Source: a virus (Duplodnaviria; Caudoviricetes). Taken from it: a stretch of DNA of 64,000 nt. A program made the translations under genes and the position numbers. Of the stretch, positions 46,301 to 55,213 are shown piece after piece (within the stretch, counting starts at the first letter, position 1; every line of letters begins with the position of its first letter). The stretch spans positions 1,949 through 65,948 of the IMG/VR virus record IMGVR_UViG_3300025168_000078; one strand, given 5' to 3'. A model generated the notes under the pieces. It saw only the letters and a program-made list of their open reading frames with translations, was not told where the DNA came from and did not search any database.

Positions 46301-48844
46301 ACTACCCCCTATTGTAACTTCATAACACCCTTGTTCACAATCATAATTCCACCCTGTATACTCACAACATGTATCTGATATTAAGGGTACCCCGTGATTA
46401 CATGCCCATTGTGCTGTTGGTAGCCATGGACCATCCTCAAAATATAATTGGTGTATATTCGCTATATACTCTGCTTGACTAAAAGGTGGTGGTATTGGAG
46501 AAGGTAATGTATTTATCACATTAGTTATCAAACTCGTATATACTGGTATTCCTGTTAGAAAATCTTCAGCACAGGATATTAGACTACAACATTCTCCAGC
46601 CGGACCTGTAGCTGTGGTACATGACCAAGCTGGTGGTTCACACCAATCCATACAATCATCAGGGTTTTGAAAAACTGGTCCAGCATAAGGGTCGGCTGGG
46701 TCAAAATTAGTATATTGTGGGTTATTTGTTGTTATTTCTATACATCCATTACAACTATATTGTGTGATATTACCCAGTTCATCCCCACATAACCATCTAT
46801 CCGGATAACATTCACCGTCATTATAATCATCAATACAGTCACCATAAAATGGGTAACCATTTAATGTAAAAGGTCCTTGTGGTGTTGTTACCGTTAATGC
46901 TGAAGAATTTATAAAATCACAACTAGTAGTACTAACACTTGTTAAGTCCTGAGGACATATCCAAGAACCACAACCTATATAGTCCCATTCATTACTATTA
47001 GTAAATGCACTTGGGGAACCTAAATTACCTGTTGCTAAAGCTTGGTAACAATTACTATCTAACCCAGTAACATATTGTCCTGTAGTATAACTATTACCGT
47101 TCGCGTATACACCACCTAAAAGTGGGACACCCAAAGATATTTCTGGAGCAAGTTGTACTATAGTTGGGTCTTCACATGGTACTGTGGTACCTGGAGGGCA
47201 TACTAAACAAGACTGGTCACACGCTTCCCAAATATGTTTAGTTGGTAATCCATTATCGTACCAAACTCCTTGATATGTCTCTGTTGGTGGTACGAATGCC
47301 CATGGTGATGGTGAACTAGTTTGGTTTATATCTTCAACGGCCATATAACAACAACATTGTCCGTAGTTTTCATCAAAAATTATATCACCACGAACATAAT
47401 CTACACTGGAACTCCACACACCTTTCTGAAAAGATGGTCCTGACAAGATGCTCATCGGTACTCCAGTTATTCTATCAGTATATTCGTCTTTGGTCTCACA
47501 AAAAGCACAATCTTCTAATAAACATTTAAAACAATCGTACGCTCCAAAAGCTAAAGAATTTAACCCACAACTGGTTGCGTTATAGAGGGTTATCCCATTA
47601 GAAAAGTCATATAATTCTACTGTCGCAGCGTTATTCACACCAGAACTAATAGTATATGCTGTATAACCGTTAGTCGCTTGTGTTATTTGACCAATCATAG
47701 CTGGTACTATTTCATCCGTTACTGGGTTGACTACATCAGAACCTAACTCTGTTGGTACGAGTTCAAAATATCCAGGAGGTAAGAAAGGACTCCCTGATGG
47801 TGTTGAGGAATATGTTTGGAATAGACTTAGCATACTTTCTGTTACACCTGAAACATCGAAGCATGCAGTTGGACTTAACGCACTGTACTGCATGATATCG
47901 GTACCAGAATCCCATGGTGTTCCTGGTGATATCTCATGGAACCCACTTGAAATTTGTGTTCCTAGGTGGTTATAGATTGGATATTCTTGTGGTGGAATTC
48001 CCACAACCGGACCTAGTGCTTTTAATTGTGGGTAAGACATAAATGGAACCCAAATAGTTTGACTTACTGACATAGGACCCCAGGGTGTTTCTTGTGTTAT
48101 GGTAATTTTTTTCTGCATGGGTGTAGTATTGGTATACGTATGTGCAGTACTTAAATTAGGGTATTGTAGTATAGCTTGTTGAGCGCCCCCAAAACTAATA
48201 GTATATGGGGATTCTTGTAGTGACTTGTAGTAAGAAAAATCTGTAGTGTTATATACCCGTATTTTCATAGGGTTATTGGTGTCTGCGGTAACTATAAAAT
48301 TACTAAATATTTCTTTTTGACTTATGTTTCCGTCCCAAATAGAATAATGACCTATATCATTAAAATCTTGGGTTAGTTTTAATGTTATTTGACTTAAATT
48401 TTCCTCTAGTGGGTCGACACAAAAGCAACCTCCCACATTTTGAGTAAAGGTGTATTGGTTTGCGTTGGTTAGGTCTTTAAGATGGATTAGTTCGTCATAA
48501 CTCCCGTTTTGTATGAATGTACCACTAAATATTGCTTTAAGTCCCATAAACTTAACATACCCGAACTGACCTATATTTGTGCATTGAGCTAGATTTGTGG
48601 ATGTAAACTGGTCATTAAGTAACACACAAGGGTTAGATATGGAACACCCCCTTAACTCTTCTGGAAATGTGGTCACATCCCCACTCAAACTTAATTGTAC
48701 CTGACTAGTTGTGGAATTGTACATAGTAACTCCCGAACAGTTAGTACTGTAATTTATAGGCCAGTAGTCGGTGCCTCCCGAACAGGGGATACTCCAATAA
48801 CTGGGTGCATTTTTTCTTGTTATTCTAAACTTTTGTACTTCCAT
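40331..48844 (-). CDS. giant 2837-aa Cys/Pro-rich repeat protein, probable fibre/adhesin
   Basis: Uninterrupted ORF; many [WYF]xC...C...G.[YF].[ST]...C...C repeats; about six W/Y-x5-Y-xx-(GD)-type modules. Confidence 0.85.
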   Translation of the reverse strand: MEVQKFRITRKNAPSYWSIPCSGGTDYWPINYSTNCSGVTMYNSTTSQVQLSLSGDVTTFPEELRGCSISNPCVLLNDQFTSTNLAQCTNIGQFGYVKFMGLKAIFSGTFIQNGSYDELIHLKDLTNANQYTFTQNVGGCFCVDPLEENLSQITLKLTQDFNDIGHYSIWDGNISQKEIFSNFIVTADTNNPMKIRVYNTTDFSYYKSLQESPYTISFGGAQQAILQYPNLSTAHTYTNTTPMQKKITITQETPWGPMSVSQTIWVPFMSYPQLKALGPVVGIPPQEYPIYNHLGTQISSGFHEISPGTPWDSGTDIMQYSALSPTACFDVSGVTESMLSLFQTYSSTPSGSPFLPPGYFELVPTELGSDVVNPVTDEIVPAMIGQITQATNGYTAYTISSGVNNAATVELYDFSNGITLYNATSCGLNSLAFGAYDCFKCLLEDCAFCETKDEYTDRITGVPMSILSGPSFQKGVWSSSVDYVRGDIIFDENYGQCCCYMAVEDINQTSSPSPWAFVPPTETYQGVWYDNGLPTKHIWEACDQSCLVCPPGTTVPCEDPTIVQLAPEISLGVPLLGGVYANGNSYTTGQYVTGLDSNCYQALATGNLGSPSAFTNSNEWDYIGCGSWICPQDLTSVSTTSCDFINSSALTVTTPQGPFTLNGYPFYGDCIDDYNDGECYPDRWLCGDELGNITQYSCNGCIEITTNNPQYTNFDPADPYAGPVFQNPDDCMDWCEPPAWSCTTATGPAGECCSLISCAEDFLTGIPVYTSLITNVINTLPSPIPPPFSQAEYIANIHQLYFEDGPWLPTAQWACNHGVPLISDTCCEYTGWNYDCEQGCYEVTIGGSYSTQYSCQTANPAGITQCGWSCETMNSPCIPCWTLGCGWPVPNEDLCNQNCTALTTCIVCDCTSQTPCSMYADPNNNGQPGCPYWPPDPFGVPPTFTSYTQCDEYCECDVGWDCVLNDDGTPTSEGCTQYPSAYVMAQLGVTFSQPPPFTGYATSGECCEATRCCHAACNDDDFIAGTGTTQMFPAGYYPCYWFLPLGNVEMCSHGGPNAAGNTIVTQGLYGLPYCDIIECTTDLCVIPNTTPDEYECCPDADSCMCACNWLEPDPGNPVFTDKGYWDNNLFYGEGDIVSYWDPNSPGTMDNPCCYLCACPWLGVGTAGTDPLGTGIVYDCTVFTPDDGPATDGTPNCWLACDHTAGGTVPSPICGEPCGPCCGDSGDTFECTPAGCIVSSCVIDVNFTQTSQNCYGDIGTCDNECGASCFCEEIIGGIDETGCVSQYDWITQTDTILQLSTASIMYPNYPPTVPPGLFAPTFPLTTFNDCLAIAAPTGALDCCDTSGVTFNCDDSSNCEPMSNTAGLGCIPIPPGHGSYPGQFTSIAACQEWCTWTCNPDPLSFAGCSCTFLSNPASPPVPTYVSAFDCWMHTNNCDCCVATTYFCDQNGAINGLYGTPGVSACVSSSYINGASPSVQAQAWGIGQVSYTNGGTGFASLQDCEDQCVFCCQCSPPGSGFCELEWGQTLCCTGAVPQLNPSDCQITTTSTIGYYPCSAATTEYYCDDLDGCTGYLATNPPLTFASGPYPSMALCQAECNFLCGDCINGCVCVFLNQTTTCTPVFDSMTGCTFSVNNGPYTNSPTDNCCNCYECIQIGSVNYYSWDNINSNWILSNTTMSIPPTPSTLGSIWDNTTLYQLGDVVLFTQTFGPPSYSSTTCCYVCVTDSYTQPTHGALTPFDWYEAYWNDYQTNTPVWENGGGTGNLIWIPCDTGCIGPVNVISWNCIEGTQTNSCNGVVYLDGATDPTLPWAGGLIPNFSEYMQYIAIASNGLQSTPHSGIRVETAGNSACDTSYGGQWMSVGLKIKSCNADPVVDAAIPGGGLSTTSYADFVNQATMLGILGLSLSNTHPENWAAFQIHCGQANNESGNDSTWAATYGIPNNSLNVSGYDYADPNLCICTTSPCYCNSVIGNGGQYNTEQDCQDVIDSFGPGAHPCCESATTGYYVCDVGAVCSCIFDPAALSGYPNQTACENDTTTCCYIPVPWECVQSFTPSNYTDHCVNTPILDSNESSNLVNLGWDSQDINDEMANNSFLYPTDIWSYETIIASYGISADFSAYRWAKWTLACPPALQGTTCCRAPNNDYQYVKGNGMHNLILDAIAGSVQMFYTLKDYVDTAVALGAPAVQLNTGLNVGAYGVYQGYQCDYSVIAHIIGNSLGATASMPNGCNAEAGGLLSFINCDRFIAEPCCISDCTCVQNAAAVAPNSFIDAISCENDPNFCCYTQPLQKWECFDWGDDECECLPSGTGIYDNKLDCENDYPNNCCSEPPVPGAFVCDGNCNCVWDPAATIGFPNLPSCQASQTTCCFLPPSGFWVCEQTLSPQQQLICNCVFDATALSGSLSLLDCQTDPNTCCGPQTYYRCFDWGDDECECLVDPTCFTVGNGCYANLSDCQNHYGQNCCSPNVMVQSWDCDQGTCYDPGTGLGQYASYPMCVAACSPPLIGCEDCALTLGLYLTAPITFLGNWTSPLNYPLNNCVVDPDDECCYCCVKWVDPSDPQDATLQAKMSAPPRCALGNQPSVSIGQNIGGGMWMDCGFNDNGDPCNPTVGECGECAITLASDLTGPINYVPYNGVYGNYFENDCIPNTANEQCCHCCVLDSNPVVGPLGIKESRTSVIPCQIINDVLIINSQGYAWKNCGYDSSGNWQDCTGGPVDICKKCCMDSAGNVVYLIQNHPTCECKPDETEVNCHPNDPCKSMPLSNCCVHCASGAALNINHDCYLFCQQWGHCCTGGPSDPHDHDHEPMELIEAPCIQTESCAMGYQWSWSQCKCVASRINLNEG
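41558..41981. repeat. 34-bp near-exact direct repeat (encodes CFDWGDDECEC), 390-bp spacing
   Basis: acattcacattcatc(g/a)tcaccccaatcaaaacat at 41558 and 41948. Confidence 0.9.
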
Positions 48845-48847
48845 ATA

Positions 48848-49723
48848 TTAAGGGTTTATATATTCATAAAATCTTATAGGGTAACTGGTTGGCGGGTTGT
48901 CTTCCCTACCAACTATCTGACCTAAGACTCCGGTATTATAATTATTAATGTTAAAGGTTCTAACCTCATAATAATATTTAGGTCCTACTAACGCAGGATT
49001 TATATTAAGTTTAACTTGATAATAAAACCAATTCCTAAAATCGTATGCTTCTGGTAATGGGGTTGGTGGGCTTTCATTTATCATTTTTATTACTTTACCA
49101 GTTTTAGCGTTAAAAAATTTACAAGACATATAAAAAGTATCCATATCGTATATATCTCTTTTTTTCAACCATTGTATGTAATAGTTTTCATTTATCCCTT
49201 TATTTGGGCCTAAAATCATTGTAGGACTGTAAACACCATATACTGGTGGGATTATACCTTGTGCAATTTGGCTATAGTATTCATATGGGTCTTCCTCTGG
49301 TATTACTTGTCTTTCTACCTTTATACAATTATTTAAAGGCATAATAACAGAAAACATTAATTTCTGTTCTTCCCTTACTGGGGAATCGTAATAATCAAGT
49401 TTAAAAAAGCTTTTATTAACAGCACTACTCTTTTTTGCTAACTCTTTTTGTGTATACCCCAATAAAGTAAAGTCATCATTATAGGTTTGGGAATTATAGT
49501 CACGGAACTGGAATTTGTAATATATTTTATTGTCGGGTGGAAAAAGGTGTGAATATCTGGTTGTTTCATAATCTATAATTGGATTTATATTATCCTGTAA
49601 TTCCACTTCATCGTATATCTCTAAAAGTTGCTCTCTTCCTACTTCATCAAAATTTTGACTTATAGGAATGGTAATATTCTTATCACCTAAAGAAGCTTTT
49701 ATCTGTATTCTATTGACAGTCAT
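48848..49723 (-). CDS. probable baseplate/structural protein
   Basis: SFFKLDYYDS and FYMSCKFFNAKTG; operon context. Confidence 0.7.
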   Translation of the reverse strand: MTVNRIQIKASLGDKNITIPISQNFDEVGREQLLEIYDEVELQDNINPIIDYETTRYSHLFPPDNKIYYKFQFRDYNSQTYNDDFTLLGYTQKELAKKSSAVNKSFFKLDYYDSPVREEQKLMFSVIMPLNNCIKVERQVIPEEDPYEYYSQIAQGIIPPVYGVYSPTMILGPNKGINENYYIQWLKKRDIYDMDTFYMSCKFFNAKTGKVIKMINESPPTPLPEAYDFRNWFYYQVKLNINPALVGPKYYYEVRTFNINNYNTGVLGQIVGREDNPPTSYPIRFYEYINP

Positions 49724-51488
49724 CTACGTAATCGTTTATTATAGTTATTCCAGAATATAGAGTTCCATCTGGATAGGAAAATATAGGCTCTATATTAAAA
49801 TTTAAATCTAAATGTGGGTAGTGTGCATCATTTAAATATGGATAATCAACACCATGAACTTCGTCTTCGTAATACCCTATAGGTAAAATAGCTCTCCACC
49901 TAAACACACTTTCTGATAAAGAATATGTTGCATATTGAGGTGATGTAAATAGTGTATCGTTAGAACTTATACTGGTAGAAAATTTTCTAATAGGTATTCT
50001 ATGGTGTGGTTCATACCTGTATATAGACTTTATAAAATCATTAGGTGTGTCGGGTTGTCGCATAACGTCCTTATTAAATTTAAGTGAGTGTCCTATTTCT
50101 GAAATTATAGTTTCTTTTAATTCGTATGGGTTATATTCTACAAACGCTCCTCTAAATGTTGTACCACTAGGTGGTAAGTTTACTGCGTTATTTGCAGTTT
50201 GTGTTAAATTTACCCAATTAGTATTATTATCTATAAATGGGTCTACATACCCATTTTTTCTAAAATTCCAATCCCACCCGTACCCAGCTGGGGATTGGTG
50301 GCTCTGATAATTCCACATTAGATTTTTATTACTAGGTAGTATAGTTAGATATAAGTCCCCTATTGGTCTATTTAAATTATCAAAATAGTCGGTCCTATCA
50401 ATATCTAAATTAACATTCCATAAATAAGATTTAAATTCTTCTGTTATTACTGTTTTTTCCCCGTACCCTGGTGGTGTCTTTTTTTGTTTAAAGACTCTTC
50501 CTTTCCTATTAAATATCCCAGACTCAAACCCTGTCCTATCTAAAGAATAATCATTAGGGTTTGTTATTAATTTATGTTTATGGGTATAATAGTTAGATGT
50601 AAACTCTATAGGGTTCCCTAAATTTATCATCCTTTTAAAGGTACCTACTGGGTTTGGTGGGAGTGTAGAACTATCTAAACTCCTTAGGTATATGTTTATT
50701 ATGTATTTTTCAGTGCCGGCAATTTCACTACCTAGGGAATCTACCCTAAAAGTGTTTTGTATGGATGTGTAGGTAGCACCTTGTAAATCATATGATGTTG
50801 TTAAATATGTTGTTAGGTTTGTTGCGTTTGGGAAAGTACTTAATGTGGTCCCACTCTGTAATACAATATACTCACCAACTTCTAAACCATGTGGTACTGG
50901 ACTTGTAAATTGTGCAGCGTCTCTACCATCAATACTTATGATTTCTAGTTGGAATGGGATTCCATCTCCAGCTACAAAATTTAAGCCTTCTAGGTTGTTG
51001 GTGTCTGGATTAAAATAGAAAGTCATAGATTCATTTTCTTCTGAACCATGTATGTAGGATATGTAAGTTAACCAATTGTCTTGATATGCGGTTAAGGAAT
51101 TATATACACTAGTGTTGGATGACCCATAATTCTTTTGGGGAATAAAGTTAAATGTGTCAGCTGGTGGTAACCCTGTGCAGGGTCCCCCATTGGGACATCC
51201 TAAATAAGCAGGTAAAAAAAACATGCTATTTAAAAATTCACTATCATCAGTATCCCCACTTATAACATTATTATACAAAATAGAAACATTGCCATACATC
51301 CTATATATATCACAACTTTCTCTCTCTAGTTCAAATTGGGTTTGTAAGTTTAGTACTAGATTTCTATCACCTTCTATCATATTTCTTACATCAGATGATA
51401 GAAATGGTTGTAACCCTACATTTTTATCTTGTGCTCCAGCAAACCTGGAACTACCCTTAACAATTCTTATATTTTTTCTATTACTCAT
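49710..51488 (-). CDS. probable baseplate/structural protein
   Basis: 592 aa; DNLNRP..LYLT and YPYLNDAHYP; operon context. Confidence 0.7.
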   Translation of the reverse strand: MSNRKNIRIVKGSSRFAGAQDKNVGLQPFLSSDVRNMIEGDRNLVLNLQTQFELERESCDIYRMYGNVSILYNNVISGDTDDSEFLNSMFFLPAYLGCPNGGPCTGLPPADTFNFIPQKNYGSSNTSVYNSLTAYQDNWLTYISYIHGSEENESMTFYFNPDTNNLEGLNFVAGDGIPFQLEIISIDGRDAAQFTSPVPHGLEVGEYIVLQSGTTLSTFPNATNLTTYLTTSYDLQGATYTSIQNTFRVDSLGSEIAGTEKYIINIYLRSLDSSTLPPNPVGTFKRMINLGNPIEFTSNYYTHKHKLITNPNDYSLDRTGFESGIFNRKGRVFKQKKTPPGYGEKTVITEEFKSYLWNVNLDIDRTDYFDNLNRPIGDLYLTILPSNKNLMWNYQSHQSPAGYGWDWNFRKNGYVDPFIDNNTNWVNLTQTANNAVNLPPSGTTFRGAFVEYNPYELKETIISEIGHSLKFNKDVMRQPDTPNDFIKSIYRYEPHHRIPIRKFSTSISSNDTLFTSPQYATYSLSESVFRWRAILPIGYYEDEVHGVDYPYLNDAHYPHLDLNFNIEPIFSYPDGTLYSGITIINDYVDDCQ

Positions 51489-54400
51489 TATATTACACCA
51501 TCCGCTAATTCTTCATCTATATATTTTCTTACAAATATATTAAACGATGTATTCCCAGGTCTTAAACCAAAATAAAAGAATAAGGGTTGTGAGAAAACCA
51601 TTTGTTTATCACTCATACTGGTCATTACTGGATAGGAATTGGGGTGGGTAAACCCTAATTCTTGACCTAAATCGTTTTGGAAAAACCCAGCACTTTGTAT
51701 ATACCCACCCGCGCCTGGACCTCCTGATGGCCATGAAAGATTTGGTACGTGAATGTCACTTTGAAAACTGTAAAATAGTGATGGTACTGTTGACATACCA
51801 GGGGCATTCATTGAGTGTCTATGTACGTACTCACCTTTAGTGTACATCCAATCGTTAAAATCACTACCAAAGCCAGGGGCTAGTGGATTAGCGTTATTAC
51901 TAGAGGTTTCCCAAGCATAAAATGGTACTCGTTGTGTGGCCGCTGACAACTCTAAGGTAAGACATTCTATTAGATTTTCTGCGTCCATTATAGTTTCTGT
52001 TTGGCCTGTAAATAAAAGTGGTTCCCACTGAATTGGGTAATATTTATTACAGGATGCGTTTACTGCGTGGTCTACCCAAGTGGTTATATCAAAATTAGGT
52101 TCTGGGTATTCTAAACCACCTAACGCATCAGTATCATCATTTGGTAGCATGGTGTTATTATCATAGTCACATTTACACTGTGTATTACCTAAATTAGCTT
52201 CGTACCCATAGACCCCCAACATACAATTTTGCATTAATGCTTGTCCAACATCACCACCAACAGACATTTCTGGTCTTGGGTAAAAGGTACTGATTGAGCT
52301 ACTATCGTTTAGTAATTTTACGTTATATATGTCCATAACTAGGTCTGTTATGTCTTGGAATGTGGTACTCCCTATTTGGTCGGTAACTGAACAGTCTTCG
52401 GCAAAGTTAGTATCTAAACATATTTGTTGTATACATTGATTTCTAGAACCCATGTCAACCATAGTTGTTGGAAATAGTATGTGTCGGTCCATGTCTCCAT
52501 CTGCATGATTGTTGGATGACCCGTTACCATTAAACGACCACCATGGTGAATATACACCATCTGTATCACCAATAAACTGTCCGTCGGTTTTTGAAGGTCC
52601 TATAGTCCTAAAAGGTGTAGACCTATAAAAGAAAGTATTATCGTCTGGATGTAGGTATGTTAATTTTTTACACCACCTTGATTTTGTAGCGTATGTACCT
52701 TCTGGGTATGCTGGGTTAGACTCATCAAATTCCAACTTAGCATTAAACTGAAACATATATAAAAATCCACTTACCCAATTATTTTCCCAATAGTAATTCA
52801 TAACACCATTACAAAGTGCTGACGCCATTTTTTCCCTTCTAGCCCATTGACGAAAAACAACCATATTTAAATTTTCAAATAGACAAGCTGGGTTAAAACA
52901 TATAACCTTAATATAACATCCACCACCAGCAATACCAGCTGTTCCATCTGTTTCTGGTTGTGGTGCACATTGTCCGTCATAATACACAGCTGAATTATAA
53001 CCATAGTTGTCATTACAACACACATAAGTATCGTCGGTAGGTTCACAACAATCATGTTGGAAGTTTCCACCAATTGTAGTGTTTAGTGAACCGTTTCCTA
53101 CTGGACATGGTGAACCATTATTTGTACCCCCAGTTGTTGGTGGGTCTCCAGGACATGGGAAATTATTAGCTAGGTCAATCATTTGTGCGTTAGTGTTAGG
53201 TCTACACAAACATTTTTCACATTCTGGATACTTGGTTTGTCTAAGTTTAAATAAAATGAATCCTAGTGGGATACCAAAATACTCACATTTTTCTCCACAA
53301 CCAAAACCTGTTAAATTAATTTGACTACATAATTTAGGTGGTGTTGGTATATAGTTTGACATATTTATGATTGTAACACCCCAAAGACTAATATTTATAT
53401 CCCAAATAGCACACCACATTTTACATATAGCCCAAATGATAATTAATACCGGTGCCAGCATTGTACCAATTAGTACGGCTAGTATACTTACCACTAAATC
53501 TATAATCATAAAAAGCATACCTAAAAAACCTATTATAAAAGTATTTAAGAAAATAATAAATTTAACTTGTCTTACAGCACTATTTATGGGGAAAAACATA
53601 GCTGAAGTGGAGCATTGTTGTTCTTGTTCAGGCAATATATTTTTTATCCCAATAAATTGTCTTCTACCACCATGTTTTACATGGTCATGAAATTGGGAAA
53701 ATGTATACACACGATTAAATGTCATTTCATAAAAATAGTCATCCGCTCCTGGTAATAAATTTCTTTGTGCCCAAGGATGGTAGTCTGCATAATCAGTAGA
53801 GAAAGCGTACGACCTTCTATCTATACCTGGCCAATCACCGTCATTATTGTCTTGGGTTGTAAACTCGTGTATATTTGGTACCAAGTAGGAACCTACCCGT
53901 CTAAATCTTGCACCACCAGTTGCTTTTTCTGGTCTAACCCTAAACCTATATCTTGCTCTTGTTGGTACACCAACATCTGGGTCACCAGATTTAACTAGGT
54001 CTCCAAATTCATCTGTAATTAAATGGTCTAAATTCATTGGCATATGAACAAGAAAAGCTCCATAACTATCTATAACTCTACCACCATTAGATAGGTAGTA
54101 TCTTTCTAGTATTGGTACTGTTCCACCTATTGGGTTTGCGTAATCCCAACTTGATGTGCCGGCGTCCCAAGCTGGAAAAGCGTTTGGGTTTTCTTCAAGG
54201 AATGGGGTATATCTAATAGCATCAATCATTCCTGGTTTGGTTATTAAACTACACAATTCCCCCATACTAGCTCTTGGTCTACAGTTCATATTAACCGAAT
54301 CCTTGTCTGTATCTTGACCCACACTACCCATAAACACAGCGTTAGGTTGTAATTTAAATCCTGAGTTACCTAAATCAAAGTCTACCCTTGTAATTGAGGC

Positions 54401-55096
54401 TCTACAAAATTCTTCGTCACCCCAAAAAGGTCTAACATCTATAGCTTTTTGTTGATTTATAAGTTGGGGTAAAGCATCTATGGAATCATTTGTTTTAAAT
54501 TTTGCTCCATCAAACTCACTAGGTGAATACCCCATATTCTTAAAGTCTTCTGGTAATAGAGAAAAACAACCAATATCACTTAAATCAATATCCATAACTA
54601 CTGATTGTTGTCCGATGGGGACACCATATATCATGAAATCACCAGCTTCATTTGTTTTAGCGGTAAATTTATAGTATTTGTTAAATACGTATTCCACATC
54701 TTGGTCCGCAAGTATTCTTGGTAGAGATGGGAAACTTCCTATTGGTACGTGGCAATTAAAGTTAGGGTCTGAGCTTAATAAATTATATCTTTTACCATCA
54801 TCATTTAAATCCCAAACTTCTTTGTATGGGTAGATTGCCCTTATAACTGGGTTATCTTCATCTATATCATCTAATGGTATGAATATAGATACTTTTGCGT
54901 TTGGTACTCCGTACCCACCGTTAGTTATGACTCTACCAACAACAACACCAAAATCCGCACACATTCGTGTATAAACTTCTTGTTGTGTTAGGGATAGACT
55001 TAGTATCTCTAATAAATCAAAATCTTGTTTTAATTCAAAAGTTACTTTCTTATCTTTACCTACTTGAGTTCTTACTCTAAACGATGACTGAGACAT
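51488..55096 (-). CDS. large structural protein with prealbumin-like N-domain and central hydrophobic segment
   Basis: GVVVGRV...GVPNAKVSIFI, TNEAGDFMIYGVPIG; ~55-aa hydrophobic stretch; Cys-rich region. Confidence 0.75.
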   Translation of the reverse strand: MSQSSFRVRTQVGKDKKVTFELKQDFDLLEILSLSLTQQEVYTRMCADFGVVVGRVITNGGYGVPNAKVSIFIPLDDIDEDNPVIRAIYPYKEVWDLNDDGKRYNLLSSDPNFNCHVPIGSFPSLPRILADQDVEYVFNKYYKFTAKTNEAGDFMIYGVPIGQQSVVMDIDLSDIGCFSLLPEDFKNMGYSPSEFDGAKFKTNDSIDALPQLINQQKAIDVRPFWGDEEFCRASITRVDFDLGNSGFKLQPNAVFMGSVGQDTDKDSVNMNCRPRASMGELCSLITKPGMIDAIRYTPFLEENPNAFPAWDAGTSSWDYANPIGGTVPILERYYLSNGGRVIDSYGAFLVHMPMNLDHLITDEFGDLVKSGDPDVGVPTRARYRFRVRPEKATGGARFRRVGSYLVPNIHEFTTQDNNDGDWPGIDRRSYAFSTDYADYHPWAQRNLLPGADDYFYEMTFNRVYTFSQFHDHVKHGGRRQFIGIKNILPEQEQQCSTSAMFFPINSAVRQVKFIIFLNTFIIGFLGMLFMIIDLVVSILAVLIGTMLAPVLIIIWAICKMWCAIWDINISLWGVTIINMSNYIPTPPKLCSQINLTGFGCGEKCEYFGIPLGFILFKLRQTKYPECEKCLCRPNTNAQMIDLANNFPCPGDPPTTGGTNNGSPCPVGNGSLNTTIGGNFQHDCCEPTDDTYVCCNDNYGYNSAVYYDGQCAPQPETDGTAGIAGGGCYIKVICFNPACLFENLNMVVFRQWARREKMASALCNGVMNYYWENNWVSGFLYMFQFNAKLEFDESNPAYPEGTYATKSRWCKKLTYLHPDDNTFFYRSTPFRTIGPSKTDGQFIGDTDGVYSPWWSFNGNGSSNNHADGDMDRHILFPTTMVDMGSRNQCIQQICLDTNFAEDCSVTDQIGSTTFQDITDLVMDIYNVKLLNDSSSISTFYPRPEMSVGGDVGQALMQNCMLGVYGYEANLGNTQCKCDYDNNTMLPNDDTDALGGLEYPEPNFDITTWVDHAVNASCNKYYPIQWEPLLFTGQTETIMDAENLIECLTLELSAATQRVPFYAWETSSNNANPLAPGFGSDFNDWMYTKGEYVHRHSMNAPGMSTVPSLFYSFQSDIHVPNLSWPSGGPGAGGYIQSAGFFQNDLGQELGFTHPNSYPVMTSMSDKQMVFSQPLFFYFGLRPGNTSFNIFVRKYIDEELADGVI

Positions 55097-55213
55097 ATCT
55101 ATTTTTTACTGATTATTCTTTTAAATTTAAAGTTAAAAGTGTTATGGCATATATGAAATAAATAGTTCTTCTACCAAAAGTAAAAGTAACGTTGGTTACT
55201 AAAATAGTAAAGT

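Noticed and set aside
40331-48844. Eukaryotic or giant-virus origin suggested by Cys-rich repeats
   Set aside because: The gene is embedded in a bacteriophage baseplate operon with sigma-70, DnaG-type primase and gp25/gp6-like genes.
55184-55200. Small imperfect palindrome gtaac-gttg-gttac between baseplate genes
   Set aside because: Stem is too weak and single-copy to call a terminator or operator.
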